NCBI GenBank assembly: GCA_000004985.1
Contig: GG738896.1
Length of the DNA stretch: 64,000 nt
From: Naegleria gruberi
Lineage: Eukaryota
Strand: one strand, 5' to 3'
Each line of letters begins with the position of its first letter. Positions within the stretch are counted from its first letter, which is position 1. Made by a program: the position numbers and the translations under genes. Positions 21,035 to 31,945 of this stretch are shown here, one piece after another. The notes below the pieces were generated by a model, which made no database searches, was not told where the DNA came from, and was given only the letters and a program-made list of their open reading frames with translations.

Positions 21035-22714
21035 ATGAGCAAACGAAATAGACACAATTTTCCATTAATTCCGGAGAAGGAAATATTCAATAATAACACT
21101 CAAGCAAAAAAGAAAAAACTTGTACTCCATGAACAACGAGAAGAAATATTTTCAGATGATATTTGTTTTGAAATAATTTCCATGATTGATGATTCGTGGT
21201 TTATTTTAAATAATTGTACTTTAATTTCAAAACAATTCTTTAATGTGATCCGAGAACGTTCTAAACTTGTTATTCAATTTAAAAAAAAATTTACAGAGAA
21301 AAGAATTGAATTATTCATGAAAAGTCAATTCATGAATAGTATTGCTAATGTTAAATTTTCCGTTTACTCCTTAGACAATGCCAAATTCATAAGTGAAATG
21401 AAACAATTGACATCACTTGGTATTGCTGAAAATCGAATTGGTGATGAAGGAGTTAAATTCATAAGTGAAATGAAACAATTAACTTTACTTGATATATGTT
21501 GCAATGAAATTGGTGTTGAAGGAGCCACGTCAATAAGTGAAATGAAGCAATTAACATCACTTAATATTTCTGGCAATCGAATTGGTGATGAAGGAGCTAA
21601 ACTCATCAGTGAAATGAAGCAATTAACATTACTTAATATTGCTGACAACCGAATTTGTGTAGAAGGTGCAAAATCAATAAGTGAAATGAAACAGTTAACA
21701 TCACTTAGTATTTCTGACAACGAAATTGGTGTAGTAGGAGCAAAATTAATAAGTGAAATGAATCAATTAACATTACTTAATATTTCTAACAACGAAATTG
21801 GTGATGAAGGAGCCAAATTCATCAGTGAAATGAAACAATTGATATCGCTTGATATTTCTAACAATCTAATTGATATAGAAGGTGCAAAATCAATAAGTGA
21901 AATGAAACAGTTAACATCACTTGAGATTTATTACAATGAAATTGGTGATGAAGGAGTCAAATTCATAAGTAAAATGGAACAGTTAACATCGCTTGATATT
22001 TCTGGAAATCAAATTGGTGTAGGAGGAGCTAAATCAATAAGTGAGATGAAACAATTGACATTTCTTCAAATATTTTCCAATCGAATTGGTGATGAGGGAG
22101 CAAATTCAATAAGTGAAATGAAGCAATTAACATCACTTAATATTTATTACAATCAAATTGGTGATGAAGGAGTCAAATTCATAAGTGAAATGGAACAATT
22201 AACATCACTTGATATTGGTGGAAATCAAATTGGTGTAGGAGGAGCTAAATCAATAAGTGAGATGAAACAATTGACATTTCTTCAAATATTTTCCAATCGA
22301 ATTGGTGATGAGGGAGTCAAATTCATAAGTGAAATGAAGCAATTAACATCACTTAATATTTCTGGCAATCGAATTGGTGATGAAGGAGCCAAGTCAATAA
22401 GTGAAATGAAGCAATTAACATTACTTTACATTTCTAGCAACGAAATTGGTGATGAAGGAGTCAAATTCATAAGTGAAATGAAACAATTAACTTTACTTCA
22501 AATATATTCCAATCGAATTGGTGATGAGGGAGTCAAATCAATAAGTGAAATGAAGCAATTAACATCACTTAATATTTCTGGCAATCGAATTGGTGATGAA
22601 GGAGTCAAGTCAATAAGTGAAATGAAGCAATTAACATCACTTAATATTTCTAACAATCGAATTGGTGATGAAGGAGTCAAATTATTAACATCACTTAATA
22701 TTGTCTTATTTTAA
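21035..22714 (+). CDS. Leucine-rich-repeat protein (RNI-like, 24-aa repeats), intronless
   Basis: 559-aa ORF from the ATG at 21035. From about aa 120 onward there are roughly 18 tandem units of consensus ISEMKQLTSLNISGNRIGDEGAKS (72-bp DNA period). The N-terminus may contain an F-box-like stretch (ICFEIISMIDDSWFILNNCTLISKQFFNVI). Confidence 0.8.
   Translation: MSKRNRHNFPLIPEKEIFNNNTQAKKKKLVLHEQREEIFSDDICFEIISMIDDSWFILNNCTLISKQFFNVIRERSKLVIQFKKKFTEKRIELFMKSQFMNSIANVKFSVYSLDNAKFISEMKQLTSLGIAENRIGDEGVKFISEMKQLTLLDICCNEIGVEGATSISEMKQLTSLNISGNRIGDEGAKLISEMKQLTLLNIADNRICVEGAKSISEMKQLTSLSISDNEIGVVGAKLISEMNQLTLLNISNNEIGDEGAKFISEMKQLISLDISNNLIDIEGAKSISEMKQLTSLEIYYNEIGDEGVKFISKMEQLTSLDISGNQIGVGGAKSISEMKQLTFLQIFSNRIGDEGANSISEMKQLTSLNIYYNQIGDEGVKFISEMEQLTSLDIGGNQIGVGGAKSISEMKQLTFLQIFSNRIGDEGVKFISEMKQLTSLNISGNRIGDEGAKSISEMKQLTLLYISSNEIGDEGVKFISEMKQLTLLQIYSNRIGDEGVKSISEMKQLTSLNISGNRIGDEGVKSISEMKQLTSLNISNNRIGDEGVKLLTSLNIVLF
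21390..22690 (+). repeat. Intragenic 72-bp tandem repeat array (LRR units)
   Basis: The gtgaaatgaaacaattaacatcacttaatatttctggcaatcgaattggtgatgaaggagc... unit is repeated about 18 times with point variation. It produces spurious antisense ORFs at 21364..21720 and 22498..22680. Confidence 0.8.
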
Positions 22715-22901
22715 TTGGGTGTTTATTGAAACGCCTTAATCAATGATATTAATGAAGAAGGAGTTAAATATTAGAGAGACATGAAACAATTAATTGCTCT
22801 TGTTTAGTTCGTGTGATGGATCTTGACATGAACTTGATTGTTGACTTAATTTGTCTCTCATGGAATCAATGAAGTTACTAACTTTTTGTCATATATAGAC
22901 G

Positions 22902-23183
22902 ATAGGGATGAACATGTGGCTTCAGCCAATTATGTCGCCAAGAATAATAAAAATAATTAATCGAATCCTAAGCTAATAAGAATCAAAAGGAAGTGCATTA
23001 GCCGGGAGTCGAACCCGGGTCACCAGCTTGGAAGGCTGGTATGATACCGTTACACTACTAATGCTTTCTTGCTTATTTATTTTCAACCTTAATGTTCCGG
23101 ATTAAGGGATGCAATATTTTTCTTAAAATAATTATTTATTTCAATAATCTCAATTAAAAGTGGAATGACATGTCAGAGAACTT
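22902..23183. repeat. 283-bp direct repeat, copy 2 (includes a pseudo-fragment of the kinase C-terminus and tRNA-Gly copy D)
   Basis: 22903-22960 repeats the last 19 codons plus stop of the kinase gene (RDEHVASANYVAKNNKNN*). The sequence through 23183 matches 20702..20984. Confidence 0.85.
22994..23064 (-). tRNA. tRNA-Gly (anticodon TCC), copy D
   Basis: Identical 71-nt sequence on the minus strand. Confidence 0.9.
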
Positions 23184-24860
23184 GTGTAAATTATCATCTA
23201 CAGATTGATTCAATAATTTTTGTTTGAAATTGTCTGCTGAGCCACGGAATTCTGCTATCAGAAGCATATTTACATCACATCCAGATTGCACATCCAAAAT
23301 ATCGTATTTTTCTTTGAATAATAACTCGGCCAATTTTCTATCCAACATCTTATTGGTTGCAGAAAGAGAAGATGGTGAAATAACAGAGACGTATGGAGAT
23401 TGAAATGGCAGAATTTCCTTTGAAACACCCGAATATTTACCACCTTGTGTGAATAGAGTCTTCTTATTGATTGTACCAAAAGAGCAATAGTATCCGCCAA
23501 AGAGTTTAATGTCCATCGAGCCCAAATCGCAATAGCTACTGAATAAATCCTGTTGTTTTTTTTCATTACTTGTAATGACTGGTTTTTCAAGAGGAGATGA
23601 GCTATTGATCCAGTGAGAGCTGTTTGACATGTGACCACCAGCAAATGCTCTTACGTTTCTTTCAATCAAATCAAATTCATTTCGTTCCTTTCCAATGAAA
23701 TGGAGAGAATTGTCTTCCAATTGAGCATAGACTCCATTATCAGTTTGTCCAATTTTTACAATAGGATATTTCAATGCATCTAGATTTGGAACTCGGTGTG
23801 TAGTTCCAGCAGTTACTTTCCATGCAGTTTCACCACAACTATAAATCAAAAATCTGTTAAAGACCAATGCACTTGAAAATGTACCACAAGTCAAGTCTGT
23901 CACTCTATAGGTTTCGTATGGATTTTCATCATGATTACCCGATTTAAAAATGTCAAAAGAATCATTCAAAACTTGATATTGAGGATTGAAATCTGCTCCA
24001 AACAATTGTTTGAAATAAGAGTGACCAGCTCCCAAAATAATATTCCTATTCACAACAATAATGGTATGGAACCAACCACAGGCAACAAAATCAACAGTTT
24101 GAATATTACTAAAATGTTGTCTGATAAAACTTTCTTGCTTTTCACTCCAATTACGAGTTCTAATGATAGAAGGCAATGCATTAGACATGGCAGATGTTAA
24201 ATAATCATTCAATGGTGAAAATAGCTCTACATATTCAGAGGGTTCAGTTTGTAACTGATTATAATTATTCTTTCCACAGCCAAATACTTTAGCATCACTC
24301 GCTATATTTGATTAACACAACAACAGTCAATAATATTAGCTACTTACTAGCAATCAATGAGTGAGATCTTCCGCAAGCAATAATATTCACTCGACTAAGA
24401 ATTTCTTCACTTTCATTATCAGAAAGTCCTTTAATTTGTGTAACTTCCTTCCATTCTTCCATTGAACTAACATCATTCCTATCAAAACCTAATTGTGCAC
24501 TATCATTAGATCCTATTTAAATATATTTGTAACGTTAAACTTCATCATGCAAACGTTTCGAAACTTACCTGAAGTAAATATCTTGGCTCTCTTGATAGAA
24601 TTGCCTGACGAGGCTGATGGTAATTGTCTCTTGGTTGCTGGATTTCTTTCCTTTTGCTTCTTTCTATTATTATTTGATAAAGTTGAATTATTCAGTGATG
24701 GTGAGGATATTATCGATGTTTCTGATGATGAAGGAGAAGACTGATCACTAACCACCTGATTCAAATCTTCATTCTGGTCCGATCGGTTGTTATTACTACC
24801 AAATAGCGATCCAAAAAATTGCTTCATTCTTTCAATGAGTTTTTTCAAGTGTTTTTTCAA
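23154..24860 (-). CDS. RCC1-repeat (beta-propeller) protein, 3 exons (24860..24569, 24512..24348, 24301..23154)
   Basis: The ATG at 24860 starts MKKHLKKLIERMKQ.... Minus-strand donors are GTAAGT at 24568 and GTAAGT at 24347, with acceptors AG at 24514-24513 and 24303-24302 (56-nt and 46-nt introns). The spliced protein has RCC1 signatures GSNDSAQLGFD, ACGRSHSLIA, VFGCGKNNYNQL, ACGWFHTIIV, LGAGHSYFKQLG. Confidence 0.7.
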
Positions 24861-25111
24861 GTACGCGTAAAAAACTTTTGCGAATTTTTTTTAAATTTGA
24901 TTTTGCTGTTGAAAGATGCATAAATGTTTGAAATGATGAGTTCGCAATAGTTGCCTTTTTTGGGGACATTTGAGAGGGAAGTTGCTTTAGTGAGTTGTTT
25001 GGAATGTGAGTGTAAAAAACATGGTTCTAATCAGTTGAGAAACTAGTATTGATATTGAGGGAAAATATCTCTAGGAATGACGTTTTGGCGGTTGGCAGTT
25101 GGTGTGGAATT

Positions 25112-26368
25112 TTAGAGAGCTTTCCAGAATTGTCTGATACCGAGAAGGAGCATAGTAAGGGAGAAGGTATGCTTTAAAACTTGTTCGTCCATGTTGCTGG
25201 CAAGGAAACCTCCACTGTAAGCTCCTACTGCACTTCCTGTCATTAAAATTGGAGCTAGTTTGAGAATGACATTTCCAACTCTCCAATGTGAATAGAGAGC
25301 TACTGAAGAAGGGATGGTCATGGCAGCAAGTGAAGTACCAATGACTAGTTTTGTTGATGTGTGTTCCTTTTTGATTGGTGACTTGTCACTCCATAAAAAA
25401 CTCAACGCTGGAACAATTAGAATTCCACCACCAACTCCAAGTAAGCCACTCATCACACCAATGATTGAACCCAAAACAAAGAGAGCTCCTGCTTCTTGAA
25501 TGGATGGTAATTTCAATTTCTGATTTGTTTCAGATTGTTCCTTTGTGCTATCACTCACTGGTTTCTCCTTCTCATCGTCAGAATGAAGCAATGAAACAAG
25601 TGGAGCCACAAACAACATGAAACAGGCAAGAATTAATTTTAAAGTCCTATCCTGAATCGAGCTCGATAATTTGACTCCAAATCTTGCAGTAAAGGCAGCA
25701 AAAGTTGCAATCAAAATTGATGTTACAATATCTACAGAATTATCACCAACAAAATACAATGTACCAGCTCCCACAAAGCCAGCAGTCACAACAGTCACTA
25801 GACAGGTGGCTACAATCTGCTTGGCGCTCAATAAATGTGGAAATAATTGAGTAATTAATGGAATTAAAATGATATTTCCACCCAAACCAACCATTCCACC
25901 AAAAGTTCCTCCCACAATAGAAACTCCAAATAATTTTACAAAATCCCAAGTATTAAACACTGGATTTGGTTTTGTAATTTGTTCATCCTTTTTCATATTT
26001 GAATTTTCCTTATTGTCTGATGAAGAACAAGTCGAATCGGAATTGGTTTGCAAAGATGAAGCTTCCTTTTCCCTCATCAACACTCCCCTACTCCATTCTC
26101 TCTTAATAACCCTTCCAAAATTCATCAATAACCCTTCCGAAGATCCTCTATAATTAATATTCCCATGTTTCTTTTCAAATTCATCATCATGATTATTTAC
26201 AATTTTAAAATTTCTAAAATCTGGCAAAGATTTCTTCATCAACAAATTATTGTTGTTATTATGCAAAGATAATTTTGCTAATCCCGAACCCACAACAACA
26301 GTAGAAATTTTCGGTGGCATCTTACAAGAAGATGTGGAGATGAAAATGGTCGCAGATCGTTTGAGCAT
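25112..26368 (-). CDS. TauE/SafE (TSUP) family membrane permease
   Basis: 418-aa ORF. It has two copies of the TSUP motif set (GGTFGGMVGLGGNIILIPL and GLLGVGGGILIVPAL) and multiple TM segments. Confidence 0.7.
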   Translation of the reverse strand: MLKRSATIFISTSSCKMPPKISTVVVGSGLAKLSLHNNNNNLLMKKSLPDFRNFKIVNNHDDEFEKKHGNINYRGSSEGLLMNFGRVIKREWSRGVLMREKEASSLQTNSDSTCSSSDNKENSNMKKDEQITKPNPVFNTWDFVKLFGVSIVGGTFGGMVGLGGNIILIPLITQLFPHLLSAKQIVATCLVTVVTAGFVGAGTLYFVGDNSVDIVTSILIATFAAFTARFGVKLSSSIQDRTLKLILACFMLFVAPLVSLLHSDDEKEKPVSDSTKEQSETNQKLKLPSIQEAGALFVLGSIIGVMSGLLGVGGGILIVPALSFLWSDKSPIKKEHTSTKLVIGTSLAAMTIPSSVALYSHWRVGNVILKLAPILMTGSAVGAYSGGFLASNMDEQVLKHTFSLTMLLLGIRQFWKAL

Positions 26369-26765
26369 TTTTTTTTATGAATTTTCTTGTTTTTGAAAAT
26401 GTTTTTTGTAATTTTAAAGATTTTGTTTGGTGGGTGGATAATAAATTTCTCCGATTTCATTGGATTCTTGAGTGTCCTTTACAATAACTTGAAATGCTAT
26501 AATCTTCCATTTTAGTCTTTGATGTATAAAGCTCTGATGTTCAGAAATATTAAACTTCAAGTCAAGAGTAGACATACCTTGCCCACATTCTTCAAAACGA
26601 AATCCCGCGCTCAATTCCTCTTATTAAAGCTTTGGAAAACAACAAAGGAGAAAATTCAACAAGAAATTGATTCTCTCTTGGCCTTGAAATCGTGGAAGGC
26701 TTCCAAAAGCTATTATAATCTGATGACTCCAAATTCTTGGAGAATATATTTAAAAAACAAAAAAA

Positions 26766-27674
26766 ATGAATAAGGCAAAGAACAAAGCCAAGAAAACTCA
26801 AGCAAGCACTTCCTTTGCCAAAGATGTTTCCCAAGAAGGCTCTTCCTCGCCAGCTAAAAAAGTATCACAAGTAAGCGCTTCCTATCCATCAAAACAGGTT
26901 TCCCAAGAAGGGTCTTCCCCTCAAAACAAAGAGGTATCACCTACTTTCAAATGTGAATGCAACACTTCTATATACAATCAAATACGCAACGCAGATACAA
27001 CCACAGGTATCCAATTACTTGTAAACACTTTAGTTCAGTTCATAGATGATATTAACCAAGATATTGCATGTATTAAACAAGATATTGCATGTATTAAGCA
27101 AGATATTGCAAGTATTAAGAAGGATTTGAACAATCCTAACACAAATGTTGGATGTTTGTATGAGTTACAAGTTAAGAATGAATTTGAAAAGGAATACAGT
27201 CATGTCGAGTGGCCAATGATATTGCAAAGAAAACAATTTCCTAAGCAATTTTTCGAAGTAGATGCGAACAGCAGTCACTATACTAACCTGTGCAATGAAT
27301 TAGTGGAGTCCAAAGTGATGTCATTGGAGAATGCTACAGTATTGGACTTATTTATTGGCAGTGTGGAAATTAACGTTGTTAGGAAAGAAACACAATCCAA
27401 AAATGATACTCATATCATTGAAGTAACAATGTCCTCCTTTACCAATGACTGCCAGTTGATTTGTAAACTTTTACAATTGGAACGACAAGCTCTTTATTAC
27501 AGAGCTTGCTATCCAAATGACAAAATTACAACAATTGGATTGGTTTCTCCTTCCAGTTTGACTATAGACAGAATTAAGGGGGTAGTAGAGAAATATTCAA
27601 ACTTTGTTATTGTTAGATCATTTCTTGAGAGTGGAAATTTCAAGGTTCAGAGACATAGCAATAAGCCAATTTAA
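26766..27674 (+). CDS. Hypothetical protein with N-terminal KxVSQEGSS repeats and a QDIACIK heptad repeat
   Basis: 302-aa ORF from the ATG at 26766. There are three 21-bp DNA repeats (caagatattgcatgtattaaa) at 27058-27125. No known domain. Confidence 0.45.
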   Translation: MNKAKNKAKKTQASTSFAKDVSQEGSSSPAKKVSQVSASYPSKQVSQEGSSPQNKEVSPTFKCECNTSIYNQIRNADTTTGIQLLVNTLVQFIDDINQDIACIKQDIACIKQDIASIKKDLNNPNTNVGCLYELQVKNEFEKEYSHVEWPMILQRKQFPKQFFEVDANSSHYTNLCNELVESKVMSLENATVLDLFIGSVEINVVRKETQSKNDTHIIEVTMSSFTNDCQLICKLLQLERQALYYRACYPNDKITTIGLVSPSSLTIDRIKGVVEKYSNFVIVRSFLESGNFKVQRHSNKPI

Positions 27675-27848
27675 TAACCATGATAAACATTCCCATAGCT
27701 CATAAAACTCTGTAATTTCTCAATTCAGTTGCAGCATGTTTCCATCACGTTATTAATTATACCATTCCTCAACTTGATTTGCAAATGAAAATAACGATCT
27801 GTGGCAAAGCGCAATGGGTCCCAGATTTAGATAAAAAATCGAAAAAAA

Positions 27849-30800
27849 ATGATGAAAGGATATCTAACCACCCTTGTTATCTTTCTCTATTGTTGCTACT
27901 GTTTTCTCTCTTCAATAGCGTTGGTACAGGTGGGAAATTGTGCATCAATTTCACAGCAAACATTTTCATCTCTACTCAACTCGACTGAAACTCCGATTCT
28001 CTCCTTGACAATGTATCTCGGCGGAGCTAAATCTCCAACCAGTGATTCTACCAGTTGGGGTAATTTATGTGGAGTTGCAATGGAAAACCCTTGCAAAAGT
28101 TTTGGTCAATTGATGATCAGTTTTAATTCGACTTTGTTTAATTTGCATGAAAATTTCACAAATTTACAAGTTGAAAGAAATGTTTATTTGAAGATTTATT
28201 TGTTATCTAGTGATGGATCGGTTGTGTGCTCGAATAATCAGGTGGATTTGGGGATGGTTTCATCGATGAAATATTTTGTGGAAATTACAAAAATAGACGA
28301 AACTAAACCCTTGTTGATTTGTTCGAATACAGTTAATACTTACCTGAGTATTCCAATTCCACCTCAGATCAACGTCATTTACTTTCATTCTTTGAAATTT
28401 CAATCACTCTTGATCAAATATGACAATTCCAAATCAAGACCACTTGACATTTTGATTGAGGATTGTGAAATGGTGAATGTTTCAATTGAAGAATATAGAA
28501 AATCAATTCGAGATGATTGGGCAAAATATTTTATCATGGAGAATTCAAAATTTATTTCCAATATCTTTCCTCTCAAAATTCTCTATACGAATCAAGTCAT
28601 TATCGTAAAATCTCAATTTAATTACATGCTTGGAGTTCAATTTGGACACTCAGTAACTATACAAGAATCGGTAATTCTTGGACACCCTTCAATTATCTCG
28701 AATTTACAGACCTTTCGGATAACTAATTCATCCCTAGAGTCAGTTGGCATTCAAAGTGTGGAAAATGTGGATTTCATTGGTGTGTTTTTCTTTGAATCCA
28801 AATTGTATCAGACATCAATTTCAATTTCTCAGATAACTGGTTTCTCTGGCAACAAGTGGACTTTCACGGATTGCATTTCAAAACGAGTGGAAAATTTTGC
28901 ATCTATTCGCTCAGTGGAAAGTGTTCTAATTGAGAATATTTTATTGGAAAGTTCAGGTTCGATTAGTAATGGAATGGTGCCTTTTATTTATTTAGATAGT
29001 TGCAATACAGTGACCATGCTTAGGAATATCATTAAGAAAGGGGTTTCCTTCATTCAGATTAATTATTATTATACTGTGCAAATAGTTTCGTCTCAATTTT
29101 ATAATAATGCTCCGTTGCTTATTGATAGATCTTCACCAATTGAAACATCCCAAAGTAGAATTTCAATCATTAATTCAAAATTTTCTGGATCTGTTTCTAG
29201 ATATGGACCAGTCCAAATTAATTATTGCACTAATTTAAATATTTATGGTTGTGTATTTAATGATAATATAGCAACAGTGTCTGGAGGTGCTTTGTTCATT
29301 GGAAATTTAGTACATTCTTCACAAATAGCTGAAAGTTATTTTATTAATAATCAAGTGGCATGTGAAGGAATTCCAAATATGGAAAAATGTTCTGGTGGAG
29401 CAATTTCATATACCAATAGTGAAAACTCGAATGGAATTTTAATTGAAAAATGTAATTTTAGAAATAATGTTGCATCTAGAGGTGGAATTTTATATTTTGG
29501 AAAGAATAATGCCTATATTAGGGTTACTAATTCGACTATGGAAAACAATCAAGCCAAGTTGACTGGAAGCATTGCTTATTTTAATTACAAGGAAGAAAGG
29601 TATTTCCAAATGATTGATGTTAATAGGAAGAATAATTTTTCACCAACAAGCATTGATTTGGCTGAGAAGATTTCGTATAATTCAGCTTCAATTATGGGAA
29701 TTTCCAATGAGAATGATGTATATGAATTGTCCATTGGGAAAAAGTATTCACTTAACCTTACTGGTACGGATGGATATGGAAATCAAACTAATCAAGTTAT
29801 TGATCAATTATCAATAGAATCATCTGATTCTCGTTTGACAATGACATTAGATCAGCAACTAGATTCGATTACTTTCCAACTATTCTTCCTTGATTCGGCT
29901 CAGAATTTCTCATTGCTGGGTTTCAAAAATACTTTTAAAATTACAACACCTAACAACCCTGTCAATCTTTCCATTATAATCAAATCATGTGATACAGGTT
30001 TTGAAATAACAAGTACAGTTACCGAAAAAACTGGAATTTACTTGTACGATTGTCGACCTATTCCTGTATTCCCTATTGGAATATTATTGGGTTTAGTAAT
30101 TGGATGTTCATTATTTGTTTTTATTTTAGGAGTTTCTATTGGATTGGCAAGTTATTGTTTGTGGAATGTTGTTAAAAAGTTGAGAAAACTCAGACAAAAG
30201 GAAATTGCAGAGAAACAAATGGAAGACGCTTTATTGAATAAGAGAATAATATTCAACATGACAGAGGATGAGGAGGAATACTATGAGAAACGACCAGAAG
30301 CCGAATCTGGTAGTAAGAATTCAAAAGCTTCCTATCAGAAACTTCCTGATTCTGAACTAAGTTCTTCCTTAATGAATCAAAACAAGACTAAACATAGATA
30401 CAGCATGTCCTCTTCATTCATCATCCCAATAGAAGATATCACAATTATCAAAAAGATTGGTGAAGGAGGTGCTGCAAATGTTTATTACGGAACTTGGACG
30501 AATATTAAGGTTGCAATTAAATCTCTCAAATCTGAAATTAACGAAGATTTCGAACAAAATTTCGAAAGAGAAGCTTCCATTTTGAGTAATATTAGACATC
30601 CAAATGTTTTAACGTTTTATGGTGTTTGCTTAACAGATAAAAGTCGATACATTGTAACTGAATATATGGAGAAGGGAACATTGGAAAAATTTATATACGA
30701 AAGTAGAAATAGAGGAATGAATATTGAGCTTCTCAAGACTATTCTGACATTATTGTGTGGAATTTCTAATGGAATGCAATATCTTCATGCACTTAAACCT

Positions 30801-31435
30801 GCTGTCATTCACAGAGATTTGAAATCGAGTAATATTTTACTTGATGAGAGGAATAATCCAAAAGTTTCGGATTTTGGATTGGTGAAAGTTTTAGGAACGA
30901 ACACAATGCAAACTCAAATGACGAAAGCCATTGGAACCATCTTTTTCATGGTAAGTATTGTAAAATTTAATTCGAATCTCACTAATTTTCTCAAAGGCAC
31001 CAGTAAGTATTTCTATATTTCGATTGACTTGAATCAAAATTTATTGAAATTTGACAGGAATCTTTCATGACTGATCATCCAATTGATAATAAGGAAGCAG
31101 CAACCAAACTAGATGTCTACAGCTTTTCAATCTTAATGTGGGAATTATTCTTTAGGAAAAGTCCCTACCATCACGTCAAGAATACTTTCAAAATTCCACA
31201 ACTAGTTTGCGATGGTGAAAGACCTCAAATACCCTTCTCTGTTGGAAATCAAGAAGAAATTAGGGAATGGTTATTGGAAAGTAATGGAGAATCTAATTCT
31301 GATGTGGTGATACAGTGTATTGATCGATATTTTTCACTTGTTGTAAAGTGTTGGAATCACAATCCATTGGAAAGACCTTTATTTTCGAATATTAGACAAG
31401 AATTGGAAGAAATATTGTCAAGCATTAACCATTAA
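27849..31435 (+). CDS. Receptor-like TKL protein kinase: signal peptide, beta-helix-repeat ectodomain, single TM, cytoplasmic kinase; 3 exons (27849..30950, 30997..31002, 31058..31435)
   Basis: Signal peptide TLVIFLYCCYCFLSSIALVQ. The ectodomain carries repeated N..A..GGA.Y/F units (CVFNDNIATVSGGALFIG, KCSGGAISY, NNVASRGGILYFG, NQAKLTGSIAYF), typical of parallel beta-helix or Pmp-type repeats. The TM segment is IGILLGLVIGCSLFVFILGVSIGLASYCLW. The kinase shows IKKIGEGGAANVYYGTW..VAIK, HRDLKSSNILLD, DFGLVKV. The GT..MAPE motif is restored only by splicing a 6-nt micro-exon GCACCA (Ala-Pro) between GTAAGT introns of 46 and 55 nt. Confidence 0.8.
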
Positions 31436-31588
31436 TTGAACTATTTTGGAAAATGTTATTTTCATTGTAAACATGTGTTTACAATTCCAAAACGCAATTA
31501 TCATAAATTAATCTTTTCAATTCCAAAGATCTTTTTGGATATTCCTCAACTAGTTGCAAGTCTAAAATAGTTAATAATGGCTTGTACT

Positions 31589-31945
31589 TTAAAAAACTTT
31601 GAAGCTCACTGAAATTCTTCTCAAAATTTTCCTTAAATTGTAAAATATTTCCAAGTCACTAATCATTTTGACTCGTTGTTTCAATTCATTCAAGTAGACA
31701 ATCTGAGTCTTCTTTTGAGCTTCCATTTCATCCATAAACTTTTCACTATTCTTATTAACTCTAAAATAAGAATCATTCTTATATTTGGTAATAACATTTT
31801 GTTGCACTTTTGTGGAATTATTAATTTTTTGAATAATTTTAGTGAAATCAAGTTTAGTTTCCAATGAGTAGAATTCCATTTTAAGATCATTTAAGGATGA
31901 CGATGATTGAACTTGAGAATTACTCGAAACAAGTTGATCAATTTC
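31589..31945 (-). CDS. Hypothetical protein (MEIDQLVSS...), about 118 aa
   Basis: The minus ORF is closed upstream by in-frame TAG TAG. The first ATG gives MEIDQL.... No recognisable domain. Confidence 0.3.
   Translation of the reverse strand, partial: EIDQLVSSNSQVQSSSSLNDLKMEFYSLETKLDFTKIIQKINNSTKVQQNVITKYKNDSYFRVNKNSEKFMDEMEAQKKTQIVYLNELKQRVKMISDLEIFYNLRKILRRISVSFKVF

Noticed and set aside
21364-22680. Antisense ORFs (118 aa and 60 aa) within the LRR repeat array
   Set aside because: They are periodic antisense translations of the 72-bp coding repeat. The sense LRR frame is continuous for 559 aa.
21390-22690. Regular 72-bp periodic repeats considered as a CRISPR-like array
   Set aside because: The repeats are in-frame LRR codons in a eukaryotic gene. 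There are no spacer/repeat alternation, cas genes or prokaryotic context.
23270-24744. ORFs 23270..23644 (minus), 23931..24200 (plus) and 24493..24744 (plus) inside the RCC1 gene region
   Set aside because: They are alternative-frame or antisense ORFs nested in a well-supported spliced RCC1-repeat gene.
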